A stretch of 64,000 bases of DNA, from the NCBI RefSeq assembly GCF_009914755.1, contig NC_060930.1; one strand, 5' to 3'. Shown piece by piece: positions 1 to 16,900 of this stretch. The translations under genes and the position numbers were made by a program. Positions within the stretch are counted from its first letter, which is position 1, and the number at the start of each line of letters is the position of its first letter. This stretch comes from the human T2T-CHM13v2.0 reference genome, Homo sapiens. A model generated the notes under the pieces. It made no database searches and was not told where the DNA came from. It saw only the letters and a list, made by a program, of their open reading frames with translations.

Positions 1-59
1 AAAAGCATGACAGATAGAAAAATATAAACTGCTTATTTCAGAACTAGTATGAAAAAGGT

Positions 60-590
60 AGCCTTTTCTAATACGTAAGAAAAGGTACAATAGGTAAATG
101 GACAAAGGGAATTACAAATGCTAAAGTATTATATGGAAACATCGTTCTCTGTAATAAGAAAAAATGGAAACAATGTGGAGACAATTTTTATTTACCCACG
201 CATTTGCTATTTTAAAGAAATGGCACCCAGGGCTGCTGAGGTTGTGTGGAACAAGTATACTCATTTATTGCTGATGACATAGTAGAGCTTTAAAGGGTTT
301 TATGTCTTGAAATTTATCCTAAGGAAATAATTCAGCTGAAGCAAAAAGATATTTGTTCAAAGAGCTTGATTTTGGTGTTATCTTTAATAGCAAAACAGTA
401 GAAGTGCCTTAAATGCCCTTCAGTGCAGACTAATAAATTGATCTTATGCTCTGGCAGACATTAAAAATGATAATTTTTGAAATCCTGTGGAAACATGAAA
501 AATGTTCATTATATGTAAAAATCCACGTATGTATAGGATATACAATTGTATGGTCTTTGTGGAAATACTTTTGTTAGGGTGACAGCAACA
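60..590 (+). mobile_element. Ancient L1 (L1M/L1ME-like) 3' fragment
   Basis: Degenerate L1 ORF2-end motifs (aatttatcctaaggaaataat, tttaatagcaaaa...aaatgccc). Confidence 0.5.
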
Positions 591-775
591 TGAGAATTTT
601 AAGTAATTTCAGGCATCAATTGAGCATTTACCCTGTGACTCTTCAGTTAATTCATCAATCTGTGTTCTGAGCACTGCTGTAGGCTCCAGGGATGCACAGC
701 CCCTTGGGTGATCTCTGTGGTCCTGTAGGCGGACACATAAGCAGCTAACAACACAGTATGAAAGAGCAGCTTTCT

Positions 776-1246
<471 letters not shown>

Positions 1247-1857
1247 TTATCTCAGGGTGACCTTAACAGTCAGGAGCAGTGATGGAGGGGACGGAGTGGG
1301 TGTTGAGGCCCGGGTCTTGGAGTGGGTGGGTGTATATCGTATTTTGGTTGGAAGAGGAGTGCCTCATTTTCACTTCTTGCAGGTTTTTCATCTTTCAAAG
1401 TTCAGTATGTATTATTTGTCTTGTTAATCATGCCACATTCTCATAATTTTTGAGCACCTTTTTTGGTTGCCTGGCTATTTAGTAAACATAAGTGTAGAAT
1501 CAAAAGAGATGTTTGTCTGTGTCAGTTTCTTCGTGTGTTTGCTACTGTGGTCATTCATATATTGATCAGCGATGATTTTCCTGAGACCGTTTATTGCATT
1601 GGTGGCAAAAATTAGATTTTCTGACTCCCAATCTGTGAAACCATATTCCTTTCTGCATTTTATTGCTGGACTGTAGGTTATGTTGAATATAAACATATTT
1701 GTGGATAATGTAGTTGTATGTGGCTGAGAGGTTGCACTGGATATTATGGAAAAGAATTTTGTATATGAAATAGATAGTAGCAGTGAGTGTTTTCCTGTTT
1801 TCTTTTTAAATGTTCTTCAACAGGGAGAATGAAATCTAAATGATAATTCTGTTTATT

Positions 1858-2168
1858 GTTTTTTCCTTTTTTTTTGTAGGGTCTTGCTCTTTTGCTCAGG
1901 CTGGAGTGCAGTGGTGTAGTTGTAGCTCACTGCAACCCCAAACTTCTGGGGACAAGCTAAGGCTTGTCCCCTTCCTGCTTTAGCGTCCCGAATAGCTTGG
2001 ACTACAGGCACATGCCAGTGTGCCTAGCTACTTTTTTTTTTTGGCGGAGGGGAGGGGAGTTCCTCACTTTGTTGCCCAGACTGGTCTTGAACTCCCAGCC
2101 TCAAGTGAACCTCCTGTGTTGGCCCCCCAAAGCACTGAGATTACAGGCATGAGCCACCGCACCTAGTC
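1858..2168 (-). mobile_element. AluJ-like, antisense
   Basis: Poly-T, then ggtcttgctc...ggctggagtgcagtgg...gagccaccgcacctag; highly diverged. Confidence 0.9.
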
Positions 2169-2334
2169 TGTGGTTTTTCTTCTTCTTATTTTTAAACATC
2201 CTGTGCAGAAAAAAATTAAGGAACCTGATGTATCTGTTAGACATTAATACCGTGCAAATTCAGTATGTTTTAGTGTTTTGATCTATTGATATCCTTTCTA
2301 TTGAAGGCAAGGAACAATAGTTATTCGGGGCTTT

Positions 2335-2543
2335 ATTAGATTTTATTTAATGCTTTCATAAAGAAGCACAGATATTACTATTTATCAACTGTAATTTTTA
2401 ATATTTGAGAACTATATTTTGGTGTAATTGTTTTTTTAATCCTGTGTATTTTATGCATTTTAAAACATTCTGAAAAGGGGTCCATCAATTTGGCTAAACT
2501 GCAGAGGCATACAGGGTACACAGAAAAAGTTAAGAATCATCCT
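2335..2543 (+). mobile_element. hAT-Charlie DNA transposon 3' fragment (Charlie4a-like)
   Basis: tatgcatttaaaacattctgaaaaggggtccat...aaaaagttaagaatc terminal motif. Confidence 0.6.
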
Positions 2544-2545
2544 CT

Positions 2546-3310
<765 letters not shown>

Positions 3311-4821
3311 TATGTAAAAAACCAGGATTACCTTTTTCAAATTGGAATGCTTGGTCAGCTAAGCTTTTATTTTGTTGATTAAAGACATGCATATATCAAC
3401 AGGCATTGTCTTTTGTGTCCATGCCACCTAACTTTTCTCTACCAGTTTTCTCTCATTAAATGTTTGTCAGTCACATTTGGTTGAAACCATGCTGTTTATC
3501 CAACGTCATGACTTAAAGTAAAGGACAATTTACTTAATTGTCTTAAATACCAGTCAGAGCCATGTGGAAGCTATGCAGGTAAACAAGCCTCTTTTTGGGG
3601 TTGGGTTGTAGGAACCCTGCCTTAGGTCTAATGAAAGTGATATTCTTGTGTATTTTCAGGGGTCATCCTCTGTCCTTACCTTCAGTTCCAGTAGCTCTTT
3701 AAACCTCATTTGTTCTATTGACGCCAAGTTGGTTAGAAGGTCATAGCGTTGGTTTGTGTGTAGGAGGTTAGAGGGAGGTCCTGGCAGAGGCTTATAATCA
3801 AGTAGAAGCGTAAAGCCAGAGTTCTTGATTGCAAAGAGTAGAAGTAGCCTCTTTGACTCAGGGAACGACCTCATTGGAAGGGGTGTCAGGTTGCTGTCAT
3901 AACCCCCAACACAGGTGGATATCTGTGTTTAAAAGACAGTGAGGAACAAGGGGAAGAAGCTATGCAGCCAGGACAGGGGATATCACCACCCATGAGCAGC
4001 CTGGATCTTGGATGCTGCCTCCACAGGGAGCACTGGACCCCTGTGAGCACCTGCAGTGGTTCCCTGGCCGGAGTTCAGGCAGGGCGGGCATCTGGCCTGG
4101 CTGCCCTGCTGAGCAGGACTCAACAGCAGTGGAGTCCCCAACTGTGGGGCGAGGATTCTGATGCTGGGCGGTCGAGGGGAAATGTAAGCCCAACAACAGA
4201 TGAAGGTTTTCTATAGATGGGCTCAGCAGTTGTTGGAACTGCTTATTATCTGTGTATGTGTGTGTGCCTGTGTGGGCGTGCATGCATATGCCTGCATTTT
4301 GGAGAGGAAGGGATCTGGGCTTTTATCAAAGTCCTGAAAGGTCTTTTGATCCAGGAGTTAAGAAACACTGTAATAAAGAGATTTAACTGTGTTCGAATCT
4401 TTGCTTTTCCACCAGGTGGTGCAAATCTTTTATGATGTTCATAGAGGTTAAATCCTCAAAAATAAGAATAATTTAAAATTGTGTAATTTTCTCTAAGAGT
4501 TTAGTCCTGTCACACAATGTGAAGCATTGTTGATCTGATTCTTGCTTTCCTTCTGTCTTTAATAAAGATACAGGTAGATTTACATATCTTTTTAAATACG
4601 TAACTATAGATCTAAATTATCTGTAGATTTTTGAGGCTGTACTACTGTTTTGTTTTTTGTAGAAAGAAACTGCAATGACTGGGAAAAACAGTAATATATT
4701 CAATATATTAATTGTTTCACACACTCTTTGTGAAACACCCAATTCTGATAACTTTTTGCTCAATGCATATAACTTGTGTGATTTAAATTTTTGAAGATAA
4801 AACTCATGTCATGTTGGTCAG

Positions 4822-5204
4822 TGTATTAGGCCGTTCTTACATTGCTATAAAGCAGTACCTGAGACTGAGTAATTTCTAAGAAAAGAGGTTTAATTGGCTT
4901 ATGGTTCTCCAGGCTGTACAGGAAGCATAGCACTGGCATCTGCCTCTGGGGAGGCCTCAGGAAGCTTCCAATCATGGTGGAAAGTGAAGAGGGAGTAGGC
5001 ACATCGCATGGCAAGGTGGGGGAGTGAAGAGTGGTGGGGGGGACGTGCCACACACTTTTAAACAACCAGATCTCAGGAGAACTCACTCTCACGAAGACAG
5101 TACCAAGCCATGAGGGGTGTGTCCCCATGATCCAGCCCCACCTCCAGCATTGGGCATTACAATACAACATGAGATTTGGGTTGGGACAAATATCCAAACT
5201 ATCA
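4822..5204 (-). mobile_element. MaLR solo LTR (MSTA/MSTB-like)
   Basis: TG...CA termini, gagactgagtaatttctaagaaaagaggtttaattgg; 5-bp TSD gtcag (4817-21) / gtcgg (5205-09). Confidence 0.9.
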
Positions 5205-5291
5205 GTCGGTCTGTTTGTCTCTTTTTCTCCTCTGAGCTGTTGACAGTTTGCTCTCTCTCCTGCATCTTTCTGTTTTTAGAAATAAATAGCC

Positions 5292-5616
<325 letters not shown>

Positions 5617-5813
5617 CTAATATGGGCTACTGTATACATTACATTCTAGCTTACATGTTTTTTTTTTTTTCCTTCCCCCCAACTTAAGAATTTGGTGTAG
5701 ACATCCTTCATGTCCTTCAGGTCATTACATGCAGATTTTAATTTGTTAATTTGTTACATCATCTCTAGTAAGAATTTACCTAATTTAGTTATTTCTTTGA
5801 TAGAACAAATTAA

Positions 5814-6112
5814 TTGTTTGTTTGTTTGTTTTGTTGAGACAGAGTCTCGCTCTCTCGCCCAGGCTGGAGTTCAGTTGCTTGATCTTGGCTCACTGCAACC
5901 TCCGCCTCCCAGGTTCAAGCAATTCTTCTGCCTCAGCCAAGTAGCTGGAATTAAAGTTCCATGCCACCATGCCTGGCTAATTTTTTGTATTTTTAGTAGA
6001 AACGGGTTTTCACCGTGTTAGCTAGGATGGTCTTGAACTCCTGACCTTGTGATCCGCCCGCCTTGGCCTCCCAAAGTGCTGGGGTTATAGGTGTGAGTCA
6101 CCGTGCCTGGCC
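5814..6112 (-). mobile_element. AluS, antisense
   Basis: (TTTG)n tail, gagacagagtctcgctc...ccgtgcctggcc. Confidence 0.93.
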
Positions 6113-6226
6113 AGTTTTGTTTTTTATTTCTTTTCAGTTTTGCTTTTATTTTTGCCATTACAAACGACTGCAGTAAACATCCTTACATCCTTTGTACATA
6201 GATTGTATTTGTTAATATTCGTACGC

Positions 6227-6534
<308 letters not shown>

Positions 6535-6536
6535 GC

Positions 6537-6666
6537 TTTTTTTTTTTTTTTTTGAGACAGAGTCTCCCTCTGTTGCCCAGGCTGGAGTGCAGTGGCCCGA
6601 TCACAGCTCACTGCAGCCTCAGGTCTCCCAGACTACTGAGATTATAGGTGTGTGCCCCCATACCCT
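6537..6666 (-). mobile_element. Older Alu right-monomer fragment (AluJ/FRAM-like) with internal deletion
   Basis: T17 then gagacagagtctccctctgttgcccaggctgg...gatcacagctcactgcagcctc. Confidence 0.85.
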
Positions 6667-6759
6667 ATCTTATGCTTTTATTTTTATAATATATATTATT
6701 TACAGTGATTCTCTCAATCTATATTTTAGTTCTATTAGTGGTGCCTTTATTATACAGAA

Positions 6760-8200
<1,441 letters not shown>

Positions 8201-8631
8201 GGAATGTTTATGTTTTTCAAGGCCCTGCATGTGTAAATGATGCTTTCTATGGGGTGAGCCTGCCCGTGTGGAGACCACTATCTTAAAGCCGTGAATGGCA
8301 CGGCGCAAATGGGTTTCTGGGCTCCTGAATAAGAATTCTAAGTGAATCTCCACCACCCCCATAGAACGCTGTTTTAATCAATTATTGGGTTCTGTGTTAA
8401 TGTTTTACTATTTTAGGGATCAATTTATGGACTTTTATGGACTGGTCAAGATAGCAACCAAATGTATAATTTTTCCTAAGGGGGAAAATATATTCTAATT
8501 TCTAAACAATAATATTTTCAGTTGAATTTTAAAACAGCAGTTTTTTTTGTTGGCACCAAAGGGTACCTTGGGAAGCTTTCCTTTCCCCACCCCTCACCAT
8601 CCTATCGCCCTGTTAACGCCCCTCAAAGCAG

Positions 8632-9000
8632 TCAAAGCCAGCGCACCTGTGTACAGCTGAGGGCTTGCTGTCCCCCACTCAAAGCCAGTGCACCTGTGTA
8701 CAGCTGAGGGCTCACTGTGCCCCCCTCAAAGCCAGTGCACCTGTGTACAGCTGAGGGCTCACTGTGCCCCCCTCAAAGCCAGCGCACCTGTTTACAGCTG
8801 AGGGCTTGCTGTCCTCCACTAAAAGCCAGTGCACCTGTGTGCAGCTGAGGGCTTTCTGTCCCCCATTCAAAGCCAGCACACCTGTGTACAGCTGAGGACT
8901 TGCTGTCCCCCACTCAAAGCCAGTGCACCTGTGTACAGCTGAGGGCTCACTGTGCCCCCCTCAAAGCCAGCGCACCTGTGTACAGCTGAGGGCTTGCTGT
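8632..9000. repeat. 47-bp minisatellite, about 7.9 copies
   Basis: Units start at 8632, 8679, 8726, 8773, 8820, 8867, 8914 and 8961; consensus tcaaagccagYgcacctgtgtacagctgagggctYRctgtSccccMc. Confidence 0.97.
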
Positions 9001-10436
9001 GCATGTGTGTTTGCAGTGAAGTGCCTCAGCCAGTTCCTCCTTCCTTCTCCAAGCTGACTGGACCCACATCCCTCCTGTGTAGACATTTTGGAGCCTCCGC
9101 TGTGATGCTTGCCTGTAACCCATCAATAGAGCTAAGTCAAATTTGCTTTTTAAGAAGGTTCATGTTTATTTTCTGGTTCTAGGGCTTCTGTGGCTATTTA
9201 GATGAGTTGTTTAGAACACTAGACTAATGAGATCACCAGGGTGATGAAACATTGTGTGGATCTTGGCTTTCTTCTAGCACAGTCAGCTCTGTTCCTAACC
9301 CTCGCCATCTACTGGGCATTTTTATTCATATGCTTGATCAGAAGTTGGCTTGGGTGAATGTGTGTGTGGATCCAAATACATCCACCGTTCATCTCAGAGA
9401 AGCAGCTCATCACCTGGGTCCTGGGAGGGTGCCCTGTATTGCTCACTGGATGGAGAGGCAGGGCAGCTTTATTTCACACCAGCTATTGGCTTCTGATACG
9501 TTAGATTCACCTGAAAGGAGGGTGGAGCATGGTGGGGTTTATGTTAACATGCCAGGGCAGATGTATTTGTTTGTATATTTCCTTTAACATCTCATGAGTT
9601 GGGCACATTTTTAAAGGTGCTGTTAGGGTAGAAAGGAGGCCCAGGACCACTGTGCTGCCAGCTTTAGAATACATTGTGAATGGTGTCTCCTGGGATTGTG
9701 CAGTGAGCACAGCCTTGAGATAGCCCATTAATTTCTTCAGTAAATGCATGTTGAGTTAATGCTTGGTAATGAAGTGTACCCTGCTATGTTAGGGAATGTT
9801 TGTTAGAGGTGATTGATTGTAACCCACTGGTGCCATGGAAGATATGTTAGCATGGTGATTTTAGCACATAAATGCCTCTGGTGACAAAGCTCAAACCTCA
9901 TTTATTAAATGACAATTAAAATTGCCTTATAATTTTAACAATGTATGCCTGTTAAAATGTTCTCCATCACATCTGCAGTGGTGAATACGTGCCTAATAAA
10001 AATTTGATAATAACGAATAGTCCCAAATATTTGGAAGCCAATAATTGTCTTTATGCTTTATAATTATCTTTAAAATTCTACCCATTTGAAATCCACCTGT
10101 TTATATTTCTAATACTTGAAATTTTTTTGTGAATGAATGTGAGTCTGAAAAGAATGTTAAGTATCTTCTTTGAAATGTCAAGTGAAGAGATGAGATTCAT
10201 GTAATTTAAATCACCCACAATTCACTGGGAGAAATTTTTAAATAATTTTAGCAATATAAAAACTAATGAGAAAAATTACACCTTGATTGTTTTAAGTATC
10301 TGAATTACCTTTGTAGATTTTATAGACTTTATGTTCAAAAAATAATTTTATGTGTTTACAAACACTTTGATATTCTAAACTTGAGTAGCAGTCTAAAAAT
10401 TAACCATATGGTAATATTTTGTCTGTGTTATTAGGG

Positions 10437-11315
<879 letters not shown>

Positions 11316-14300
11316 GACCACATTGTTAAAGGCATAAAATACTATTCCAATACTTTTAGCAGTAATTTGTACATTAAATAAGTGACATAATTCTAAATGC
11401 CTACAAATATGTGTAAGTCTTGTAACGTTTTGGGACCATGCTAGTGTCAAGTGTAGCCCTTGTACAGTGATGTACATGAGCATTAAAAGACCATGCAGTT
11501 TTAAACGACTGGAGACATTTTGTCAGTGTCTTCACAGAGGAATCAGGAAGTTGGACGGTTGGCCAGTGGGTGAAATGGTGTTTTCGGAAGGCATAACTGG
11601 GCGAAGGGAGGAAGCTGATTTGCCTGCATGTGCTGCTACCTCGTGGTCCCCACGGTGCTGGGAGGGGAGACAGGTTCATGGTAGCCCTGGGCAGCCTAGG
11701 TCACATCGCGGGTCTCACAGCCACTGGAGCAGAGGTGCTACTCAGAAGCAGGTGTTCTGCCACAAACACATCTTCTTTCCGTCCTGTCACACTGCTGATT
11801 GCTGTTAAGAGTTTGGCCTTTCCCTCACTCTGCTTTTGGAGTGGGATTGGCTGAGGGTGTGGATGTTTCCTTCGGTTTTCACCCTTACGTTTCTTAGGCA
11901 CTTCTAAGGGCACCTTTTTCCTGTGGATGCACCCGGTAGGTAGCTTTTTAATTCAGTGGTATTTCCATCATGAGAGATCGCTTGCAGTCATGGAACCCTC
12001 TTAGTTTCCTCGATAAGCTGGTCAGGAAAGAATTTCAGACCTTTGTTTTGGGTTCATTGCACTTGTCTTTTCAGAGCAGTACCCTCCTTGCTTTTCACAT
12101 CTGAGTACTGAGCAGTTTGCGTGGTTCTGGCACGTGCCTAGAGGCCCTCTGAATTTGTAAGTGAGCTGTAGGCTCAACTGTTGCTGTTCCATTTTGCAGG
12201 TAGGATGCATCTGGACTCTTCTGTTTTTCACTAGCTTTCATGACCATGGGCTTTTCAGCTTCTTACAAGATTTCTGTTAAGCGGGCATCTCCATTTCAGC
12301 CAGTTCTTTGTCCCAGCTTCAAAAGTCATAAATTTTAGCTGCCATTGGGCCCAGTGATAAGAGCAGGTGGGCCATGGTGAAGCGTAAGGCCTTGGGAAGG
12401 CACTTGTGCGCCGTCCGCGGCAGCAGGGTATGTCAAGGCTGGAGAGTGGACACCTTCTTGCTCCTTTAGATAAGGGAAAGAACATTTGCTTGAATAAAAA
12501 ATTAGGGTCATATTTTTCTGAACTTTGTCACCTAGACATTAAATGATAATTTAGAATTGAGAAGAGATGGCATACATTTCCAATACTCTACCTCTCTCCA
12601 GCAATTCTTGGCCTTCCAACCAATATGCCCATCATCCCACCCCAAAATCTTACCTTTTTTAAAATTTATTTTTTAGTAATCAAGATTCTACTTGTGAGTC
12701 ACAGAGTATTTAAAAACATGCACAATCTGTTGTTCATGGTACCTGGATACACTCTCTAATTGAAAATTCAACATTTAAGGGCGAATACAGAATGCTTGTT
12801 TTTAAAAATACCTTTCCAGTTTAAAGAACCATAGAGGCTAAAACGAGATTGTCTCCTTTTTAGTATTACTCACATCAAAATTATTCAATCTTTGTGAAAC
12901 TGAGATACAGGCTTGTTTTGTGACCCTTTCTTTCCAGTTACTGGCTCACTTTTGAGCAAAATGGTGAAGCTGTTCTTTCTGCTTGGGGACAGTTTTGTAT
13001 TATTTTCTCTCTCCTAGTCTGCACAATTCAAACCAAAATCAAGCCTCAGAGTGTTTATGTGGTATCTACTGGGCACACTGGCTGCTTAATGCATTTTAAT
13101 ATGATGTTAGTAAAAGAAAATGTGGAGATAGTTACTCATTGGGCATTATGATGAGATTTTAGATTCCAAAGTCTAGCCAACTCTGGCTTACCCAAAGGAA
13201 AATAAAAGAGGTGAGAATACAGCAAAAGGTGGGTGTGGGCAGGGGGAAGAGTATGGGGTGATTCTCCCAAGCCTTTATAACCAGAACATTTATTATGGGG
13301 TGTGGGTTACCAAATAACAGGAACACCCTTGAAACAGGTGCTAATATGTTGAAATCTTTTTGGTACACAGAGGCTTGAGATTAATGACATTTCTTATGTC
13401 AGGATTCACCTGTTTTTAAGGTGCAGGTAGTGTTGGCAGGCCCCCTCGTGAGCAGCCTTCCTCTGCAGGGTTCTGACCCTCTCTCTTCCTCTCTCTAAGA
13501 TTTGGCTACTGAGTGGGTCAGCACCTGGAGAAAGGGGATCTGAGTGGTGTTTTAACCCCTCAGGGAGCTTGTGGCGTGACAGCACTGGCTTTCTGTGTTC
13601 GGCAGAGTGTGTGAGACCTTGCGCGAGGAGGTGACCATCATGCCAGTTGCTCTGCCTGATCGGATGTGTCTCTTTAAATGACTATACGATATTAAAGTTA
13701 AAGGAGGGCTCTTAGATATTTAGATTTTGTCCAGTTCTCTGTTCACAAATCAACACAAATAATCAAAGAAGGTATTTTTCTGTCTGCTTGCTCAGATAAT
13801 AAATGCTATTTATATGTAGAAAGAAAGATGGAGGGATGATTTACAGATGACTCAAACTTATTTAAAAACAAATTTGTGGATTTCCACTAATAAGCTTATA
13901 CTTTCATGGCACACTTGAGTAGTTTTTATTAAACTTCCTTTTTCTCGTATGCTCTATTTGGGATTTCAACAATTTTTATTATGTAATGAGGGAATATTTT
14001 TGTTGTGAAATTTTTCTTCCTTTTTGATGTAACTGTTAGAATTTGATGAACTGGTTTGTAACATTAAAATGAAGATGAAAAATTACAAGGTATTCACCAA
14101 ATGAATGTCACTTTCTGGGGTGTTGCTGGCGATGATATGGGCTCTCTGGAGCATATATATCCGGAGGTGCTCAGAGTCTGCCCCTGTTGCTCCTAAGAAA
14201 GACAAAGCCTCCTATCTGATCAGCTTTGTCCATGACTCTCTAACTTGTTCTTACACTGACACCATTAACTGCCCTAAATGCCAGGCACCTACTCCGCCAG

Positions 14301-14460
14301 CCCAGTGGAAACAAGCCTGTATTAGTAAACCGCGATTGGGTTTAGAATTGGGACTGTTCCACATGCTCTCTACTTGCCAGATAAGCCTTAGCATCCTCAT
14401 CTGTGAATAACGAGAGTTCATGCCTGCCACACATGGGCACTGTAAAAATTAAACACCATC

Positions 14461-14804
<344 letters not shown>

Positions 14805-15029
14805 TCAAGAATCATAAACATCTTTCTTTGCTTTCAAGATTAGCTCTCGCAGTCGGGCCCTGTCAGGCCCCTCCAGACAGTCTCACTGTAGATGCCCTTG
14901 CTTTCTAGCCCTTGGCCTGGTGGGCCATTTGCTCATCCTAAGTAGGCCTTTCCTGCTTCCAAGTCTTTGCTCCTACTTTTGGGGGGTCTTAATCTCCACC
15001 TATTGAAATGTTCTATTGATGAAGGTAGA

Positions 15030-15154
15030 AGTGGTGGGAAATGGTATCGGGGAACCACAGGCCAGGCGCTAGGCATGCTCATTGCTACTGGGTTGGCCGT
15101 TGCTTCCAGGCCTGTTCAGTGGACGCTGAGTGCATGTGTGTAGCAGATACACAA

Positions 15155-15196
<42 letters not shown>

Positions 15197-15640
15197 TAAA
15201 ATAAATATCAGGACGACAGGGTTTTTACTTCACCTCTTGGATCTTATACTTCTGTCTCCTTTCTCTCACAGCGAGAATGCTTGTACTCCTGGAATGGCAG
15301 AATTACTTACTTGCTTTGATATACACAGCAGTTCAGACTACTAATGCCAGCACCAATACCACCATTTTTCTTTTGTCATTAGTTTATGTCCCACTACGGA
15401 TATAGGATTAATGTATTTCACTGTCAGTCATTCTTCTCTGTGTGGTTATGCTACCACCTTATAAATGCAGGGTTCATTTGTCACATTTTATTTTTGATTT
15501 TTAGGAGTTTTTATTTAAAATTTTTGTTTTACAATCACAGAAAATATTTACATGACTCCAAAGTAGCATCTAGAAAACAAGATACTGTCAAAAAAGTCCA
15601 TCTTCTATCTCTGCCTTCTCCCCTCCAGTAAGTAACCATT
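15030..15640 (-). mobile_element. Old L1MC-like 3' fragment containing (AT)16 at 15159-15190
   Basis: gcgctaggcatgctcattgctactggg...ttgcttccaggcc motif. Confidence 0.55.
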
Positions 15641-16142
15641 TAAGAATATTATGTTTTATCTTTCCATTTTTGCCTTTACTATGTGTGTGTATACATAGTG
15701 TATGTATGTAAATACTATATAATTAGTGCATTTTATTATTTCACCCTAATTAAATATAATATATAGATAAAATATAAATAGATACAGGTATCTTTACATG
15801 TTAACATGCAGTCTAACCATTTTTTTTGTTTCTCGGGAAGGGAGGTGGTGGGGAGGGTGGTACATGAATGGGTTACTAAAATTACTTTATTAGGTGGGCT
15901 GAAGTTTTTATTTGTTTTTGTTTCTTTTTATATAAATCTTTATAAACGCTTATTCACTGTGCTTTTTACTTTTAGTCAGCTTCTCTTTCCATATTTACAC
16001 TTGTCCATAATTATACTTCAGCAATCTTGGGAGAGAACCTCTGTGGCTTTCTGAAAAATTATTCTTTTATATAAACTTGCCCAGATGAGTTATAGGAGGA
16101 ACTGTTCTCTCCAGTTTCAAAATGAGTTTACATACTGTGTGG

Positions 16143-16153
16143 GGGGACTTTCC
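16143..16153 (+). promoter_or_regulatory. Canonical kB element GGGGACTTTCC
   Basis: Exact match to the Ig-kappa/HIV-1 LTR kB sequence; function untested. Confidence 0.5.
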
Positions 16154-16672
16154 AACTGAGGATAGCATGTCGTGGTGTGTGGTTAGCCAATACAGAGATC
16201 TAAGAGGCTGCACGGCTTTTGCTAACTTGTGAAACATGCCTTTAATTTTAAAAGCAGTCTTTGGAAATTCTACTTCCATTTGTACATGGCTTTAGATGAA
16301 TAAAGACATGTCTTCTTACGGAATCAAGACCACGGCATATGTATACAGGCAGATGATGAATGTATTGATTCTTTTACTTCACCTTATATTTACTTAACAA
16401 GGAGACATCTAAATAATGAAATGCATCTTACTGGAACCACCCAAAGTAAGCCACTTAGAGGGCCACCTAGAGATAGCTTTGTAGAGCATGATGGAATATC
16501 TGAGGGTTTTTATTAATACATTTTAACTTTCTTAAACATCATTTAAAAAATTAATGTTCTAAATATACCTCCAATAGTACATGAAACTGTTACAATAGTG
16601 TCCGAACCTTATGTGTGTAAAGTTATTTGGTCAGTTTGGAAAATTTTGTAGTATTTGTGAAGAAGGGTACAA

Positions 16673-16900
16673 GAGCTAACATACATTGAGTATCTACTCT
16701 GTGTCTGGTGTGTTCCATCAGTCATCTCTTTCAGGAATTAAAACTATCTTATGAGGCAGATAGCACTATTTAATTTTTTGTTATGAAAGAGGCTGAGACT
16801 TGGAGAGTTGGAGTCTCTTGCCTTGTATCATGTACCTAGTAAATGGCCAAACTAGGAATTGAGCCTCAGTTTTGTCTGAAAACAAATTCTTACTGTTCCC
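16673..16900 (-). mobile_element. MIR
   Basis: gctaacatacattgagtatctact...gaggctgagac...ctagtaaatggcc...aggaattgagcc. Confidence 0.7.

Noticed and set aside
1475-1696. 73-aa minus-strand ORF with protein-like composition
   Set aside because: No recognisable domain or gene structure; length within chance expectation.
8632-9000. CRISPR-like array
   Set aside because: Units are contiguous with no unique spacers, and the context is human; it is a minisatellite.
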